This document shows, one piece after another, positions 28,147 through 32,000 of a DNA stretch of 32,000 nucleotides (position 1 is the first letter of the stretch; each line of letters starts with the position of its first letter). Origin of the DNA: Desulfobulbus propionicus DSM 2032 (GTDB lineage: Bacteria; Desulfobacterota; Desulfobulbia; Desulfobulbales; Desulfobulbaceae); the NCBI RefSeq assembly GCF_000186885.1, contig NC_014972.1, positions 3,420,001-3,452,000 of the forward strand, in the 5' to 3' direction. Made by a program: the position numbers and the translations under genes. The notes beneath the pieces are model-generated. The model was given only the letters and a program-made list of their open reading frames with translations. It searched no databases and was not told where the DNA came from.

Positions 28147-29187
28147 CTAATCGACCGGCAGCAGTCCGTCGCGGGGCTTGGCCCCCATGTCGGCAAAGCT
28201 GATGACCGTATTGCGCCCCCGGCTCTTGCTGGCGAACAGGGCGTGATCGGCCTTGCCCAGCAGATCGACCAGATCGTGAGCATCCTCGGGATAGGAGGCC
28301 ATGCCGCAACTGACCGTCAGGTGGACGGACAGCCCCTGGCCACGGAGGAACCGGCGGCCAGCGATCGCCGCCCGCATCTGTTCGGCCAGCCGCCTGCCGG
28401 CCTCCCCATCCAGGTTGGCCAGCACCACCACGAATTCATCGCCGCCATAACTGACGCCGTACCCGCCCTGGGGAAGCAAGGATTTGATGATGCCCGCCAG
28501 CTCGGCAATGGCGCGACTGCCGTTGAGATGCCCGTGGCTATCGACCACCTGCTTGAATCGGTCGATATCCATGAAGATGACGGTGAGCGACTGCTCCGGA
28601 TCGCGGTTGAAATGGGCCTGCATGTTCCGGTAGAGGTAGCGGGTGTTGAAGAGGCCGGTGAGATCGTCGAGGAAGGACAGCTCCCGGTAACGGGCCCGGC
28701 TGGCCTTCAGCGCCTGCTGGGTACGGCAGAGCGCCAGATGGGTCCTGACCCGGGCCAGCAGTTCCTCCTGGGTCGAGGGTTTGATGATATAATCCTGGGC
28801 GCCGGCGGCAAACCCGTTGACGATGTGTTCCTTGTCGTTACTGGCCGTGACGAAGATCACGGGGATGTCGGCTGTCCGTGGATTCTCCTTGATCAGCCGG
28901 CAGGCCTCAAGCCCGGAGACGCCGGGCATGTCGATGTCCAACAGGATCAGATCCGGCAGGCAGTCGGAGGCAAGGAGGGCGAGCGCCTGCTGGCCGCTGG
29001 CGGCCTGGACGACCTGATACCCGGCTCGGGCCAACATGGCGTGCAGCAGTTTGATGACCACCGGGTTGTCATCGACGATCAGAATGGAGGCATCGGTTGT
29101 TTTTTCTTTCTTTTTCATGCATTCCATGGTGAGGAAGAACAAAAGGAAAGGGAACAAAGGCAACGAACCAAACGCGGCCCGGGTCAA
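28147..29187 (-). CDS. REC-GGDEF response regulator; candidate non-canonical (Hypr-type) dinucleotide cyclase
   Basis: SILIVDDNPVVIKLL...LILLDIDMPG...FVTA...YIIKPS receiver domain; FLDDLTGLFNTRY...FMDIDRFKQVVDSHGHLNGSRAI...YGGDEFVVV...GKADHALFASKSRGRN. Start may be at 29118 (MKKKEKTTD). Confidence 0.93.
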   Translation of the reverse strand: MTRAAFGSLPLFPFLLFFLTMECMKKKEKTTDASILIVDDNPVVIKLLHAMLARAGYQVVQAASGQQALALLASDCLPDLILLDIDMPGVSGLEACRLIKENPRTADIPVIFVTASNDKEHIVNGFAAGAQDYIIKPSTQEELLARVRTHLALCRTQQALKASRARYRELSFLDDLTGLFNTRYLYRNMQAHFNRDPEQSLTVIFMDIDRFKQVVDSHGHLNGSRAIAELAGIIKSLLPQGGYGVSYGGDEFVVVLANLDGEAGRRLAEQMRAAIAGRRFLRGQGLSVHLTVSCGMASYPEDAHDLVDLLGKADHALFASKSRGRNTVISFADMGAKPRDGLLPVD

Positions 29188-29323
29188 CGCCTGCCGGTTC
29201 GAGCCGAGCCGCGACAGCTGCCGGTGATCAGCACCTTACCGTTAGCCGGGCCGCTTTGGCCACTTTTTTGCGCGGTTCGGACAAGATTATATCCCCTCTT
29301 TTTTTCCCTCAAGGAGGCATCCC

Positions 29324-30745
29324 ATGGCTCACGATTTGACCACCCAGCTCGCCGTGCTCGGCGGCGGTCCTGGCGGATACACCGCGGCCTTTCGCGCCGC
29401 CGATCTCGGCCTTTCGGTCTGCCTGATCGAACAGGGCGGAAGACTGGGCGGGGTCTGCCTCAACGTCGGCTGCATCCCTTCCAAGACCCTGCTTCATGCG
29501 GCCTCGGTGATCGAGGAGGCACGCGACGCGGCGGCCTTCGGCGTCAGCTTCGCCCCGCCCCGCATCGACCTCGAAACCCTGCGCAGCCACAAGGCGCGAA
29601 TCGTCACCCAGCTGACCACCGGCCTCGACAGCCTGTGCGCGGCCCGGAAGATCACCCGTCTCACTGGCCACGGCGCCTTTGTCGACCCGCACACCCTGCT
29701 GGTCAGCAGCCAGGAGGGCGATGTCCGGGTGCGCTTTGACCATGCGATCATCGCCACCGGATCACGCCCGGCAACCCTGCCCGGCTGCCCCGAGGATGCG
29801 CGCATCTGGGATTCCACCGCCGCCCTGGCTCTGACCACGGTTCCCAAACGACTGCTGGTCATCGGCGCGGGCATCATCGGCCTGGAGATGGCCCAGGTGT
29901 ACAGGGCGCTCGGTGCCGAAATCACTGTGGTCGAGCCGCAGAACCAGATCATCCCCCCAGCCGACCGCGACCTGGTGCAGCCGCTGTTCCTGAAGCTGAA
30001 GAAAACGTATCGAATTTGTACCGAAACCAGGGTGGCCGGGATGACGGCCACGACAAACGGAATCGAGGTCACGCTCGCGGGCAAGACCGATGCCGCCGAG
30101 CTGTTCGACGCCGTGCTGGTGGCCGTGGGCAGGAGACCGAATACAGAAAATTTTGGCCGGGAGGCTCTGGGAATCGACCTCGATGGCCGGGGCTTCATCC
30201 CGGTCGACGACCGTCAACGGACCGCCGTGCCCCACGTGTACGCCGTGGGCGATGTGGTCGGCGACCCCATGCTGGCGCACAAGGCCGCCCATCAGGGCAA
30301 GGTAGCGGCGGAGGTCATCGCCGGCCACGCCTCGGTGTTCGCCCCACGGGCCATTCCCTCGGTGGCCTATACCTCGCCCGAAATCGCCTGGATGGGCCTG
30401 AGCGAAAAGGAGGCCGCCCAACAGGGCCTTGCCGTGGACAAGGGCAAATTCCCCTGGGGGGCCAGCGGTCGGGCGTTGAGCGCTGGGGCGGGCACCGGAG
30501 TGAGCAAGATCCTGTGCGACCCGGATAGCGGCCGCCTCCTTGGTGCCGGCATCTGCGGCCAGAACGCCGGCGAGCTGATCCATGAGGCGGTGCTGGCCCT
30601 GGAGATGGGCGCCACGGCCGAGGACATCGGCCTGACCGTTCATGCCCACCCGACCCTGGCCGAAACCCTGGCCTTTGCCGCCGAGATGGTCACCGGGTCG
30701 ATCACCGATGTGCTGCCACCGAAAAAGCCGGCCAGGACAAGATAA
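29324..30745 (+). CDS. lpdA: Dihydrolipoyl dehydrogenase
   Basis: LAVLGGGPGGYTAAFRAADLG, GGVCLNVGCIPSKTLLHAA, VIGAGIIGLEMAQVY, HAHPTLAETLAFAAE. Confidence 0.93.
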   Translation: MAHDLTTQLAVLGGGPGGYTAAFRAADLGLSVCLIEQGGRLGGVCLNVGCIPSKTLLHAASVIEEARDAAAFGVSFAPPRIDLETLRSHKARIVTQLTTGLDSLCAARKITRLTGHGAFVDPHTLLVSSQEGDVRVRFDHAIIATGSRPATLPGCPEDARIWDSTAALALTTVPKRLLVIGAGIIGLEMAQVYRALGAEITVVEPQNQIIPPADRDLVQPLFLKLKKTYRICTETRVAGMTATTNGIEVTLAGKTDAAELFDAVLVAVGRRPNTENFGREALGIDLDGRGFIPVDDRQRTAVPHVYAVGDVVGDPMLAHKAAHQGKVAAEVIAGHASVFAPRAIPSVAYTSPEIAWMGLSEKEAAQQGLAVDKGKFPWGASGRALSAGAGTGVSKILCDPDSGRLLGAGICGQNAGELIHEAVLALEMGATAEDIGLTVHAHPTLAETLAFAAEMVTGSITDVLPPKKPARTR

Positions 30746-30757
30746 CGGAGGCCGCGC

Positions 30758-31756
30758 ATGCATCTGACCCTTGAGAATCCGTTGGACATGCACCTGCACC
30801 TGCGCGAGCGGGAGATGCTCGCCCTGGTCGCCCCCTGTAGCGCCGCCCAGTTCGCCGGCGGCGTGATCATGCCCAACTTGGTGCAACCGGTGGACAGTCT
30901 GGAGCGATTGCGCGCCTACCGCGCCGCGATCCTCGACGCCTGCGCCGGCGAACCGTTCACCCCCTACATGACCCTGTTCTTCCGCTCTTACCACCGGGAA
31001 GAATTGCTGGCCGCCAGGGACGAGATCATCGGCCTTAAACTCTACCCGGCCGGGATCACCACCCAGAGCGAGTCCGGGGTGCGGGATTTCGACCGCATCG
31101 GCGACACCGTGGCCCTGCTGGAAGATCTGGACATCCCCCTGCTGGTGCATGGCGAGACGGATGGTTTCGTCATGGAGCGGGAACGGGAATTCTTGCGCGT
31201 GTATCAGTGGCTGGCCGAAACCTTTCCCCGACTGCGGCTGGTGATGGAGCACATCACCACCGCCGAGGCAGTCGAATTGCTCGACCGGTACGACAACGTC
31301 GGCGCCACCGTCACCCTGCACCACCTGCTGATCACCCTGGACGACGTGGTCGGCGGACTGCTGCAACCGGATCTGTTCTGCAAACCGATCGCCAAGACCC
31401 CGCGGGACCGCGAGGCCCTGCGCCAGGCTGTTCTTGCCGGTCACCCCCGGCTGATGTTCGGGTCGGATTCGGCGCCGCATCCCCGCCACAAGAAAGAATG
31501 CTGCGGCTGCGCCGCCGGAGTCTTTTCCGCGCCGGTACTCCTGCCCGCCCTGGCCCAGCTGTTCGAGGAGGCCGATTGCCTGGAGCGGTTGGCCGATTTC
31601 GTCAGCCACCATGCACGGCGATTTTACCGGCTCAGGCCGCCGCACAAACAGGTGCATCTGGTGCGTGCCCCCTGGACGGTGATGGAACAATATGAAACAC
31701 TTCGGCCGTTTCTCGCTGGTCAGACCTTGCGCTGGCGAGTGGAAAAGCGACCGTAA
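30758..31756 (+). CDS. pyrC: Dihydroorotase (class II, PyrC type)
   Basis: NPLDMHLHLREREML (HxH), VIMPNL, GLKLYPAGITTQSESGV (Lys), VHGETD, MEHITTAEAVELL, FGSDSAPH. Confidence 0.93.
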   Translation: MHLTLENPLDMHLHLREREMLALVAPCSAAQFAGGVIMPNLVQPVDSLERLRAYRAAILDACAGEPFTPYMTLFFRSYHREELLAARDEIIGLKLYPAGITTQSESGVRDFDRIGDTVALLEDLDIPLLVHGETDGFVMEREREFLRVYQWLAETFPRLRLVMEHITTAEAVELLDRYDNVGATVTLHHLLITLDDVVGGLLQPDLFCKPIAKTPRDREALRQAVLAGHPRLMFGSDSAPHPRHKKECCGCAAGVFSAPVLLPALAQLFEEADCLERLADFVSHHARRFYRLRPPHKQVHLVRAPWTVMEQYETLRPFLAGQTLRWRVEKRP

Positions 31757-31789
31757 ACAGTCGGTAATGATTGAAAGAACGGCATAAAG

Positions 31790-32000
31790 ATGGTATCGAA
31801 CAACCCGCGAAACACTGTTTCAGTCTATTCCACCGAACACGGACGCCTGTGCCCCGAATGCAGCCGCCCGGTCGGCGCCTGCACTTGCGCGACCCGATCC
31901 TCGACCGTTCCCCGGGGCGATGGCATCGTCCGGGTGGGCCGCCAGACCAAGGGCCGCAAGGGAAGCGGCGTCACCACGGTCAGCGGATTACCGCTCGCCC
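31790..32000 (+). CDS. Sui1/YciH-family translation initiation factor (partial, runs off window)
   Basis: MVSNNPRNTVSVYSTEHGRLCPECSRPVGACTCATRSSTVPRGDGIVRVGRQTKGRKGSGVTTVSGLPLA..., typical of bacterial Sui1 homologues. Confidence 0.85.
   Translation, partial: MVSNNPRNTVSVYSTEHGRLCPECSRPVGACTCATRSSTVPRGDGIVRVGRQTKGRKGSGVTTVSGLPLA

Noticed and set aside
28126-29739. 537-codon plus-strand ORF across the REC-GGDEF gene and lpdA start
   Set aside because: Antisense/out-of-frame shadow of two clearly identifiable genes.
29762-31690. 642-codon minus-strand ORF opposite lpdA and pyrC
   Set aside because: Antisense shadow of two well-supported genes; Gly/Gln/His-rich translation without a domain.

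Overview
This 32 kb, GC-rich bacterial chromosomal window is dense with housekeeping genes. Its gene content suggests an anaerobic deltaproteobacterium of the Desulfobulbales type; that lineage call is inference. No mobile element, CRISPR array, rRNA or tRNA could be supported. Main content, left to right: C-terminus of a RimO/MiaB-like TRAM protein; HU/IHF protein; RluB-type pseudouridine synthase; UbiD-family decarboxylase; YjbQ; glycine-zipper lipoprotein; RmuC; CbpM-CbpA; shikimate kinase; glycogen synthase; uncharacterised TPR-like protein; GAPDH; small zinc-ribbon protein; MTH1187-type thiamine-binding protein; response-regulator receiver/pyruvate kinase fusion; EF-hand-like/membrane protein interrupted by an in-frame TAG; lipoprotein; DMT transporter; EttA; metX-metW-cysE-cysK cluster; exported orphan protein; MOSC; YkgJ; DUF1186; REC-GGDEF response regulator; dihydrolipoyl dehydrogenase; dihydroorotase; Sui1/YciH-like factor. 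The two strongest leads are: (1) a full-length pyruvate kinase with an apparently phosphorylatable REC domain fused in frame at its N-terminus (12043..13833), near GAPDH and glycogen synthase genes; and (2) a REC-GGDEF protein (28147..29187) whose guanine-contact residues are replaced, including the Asp-to-Ser change typical of Hypr (3',3'-cGAMP-type) cyclases. A third lead is the EF-hand/membrane protein split by a single in-frame amber codon.
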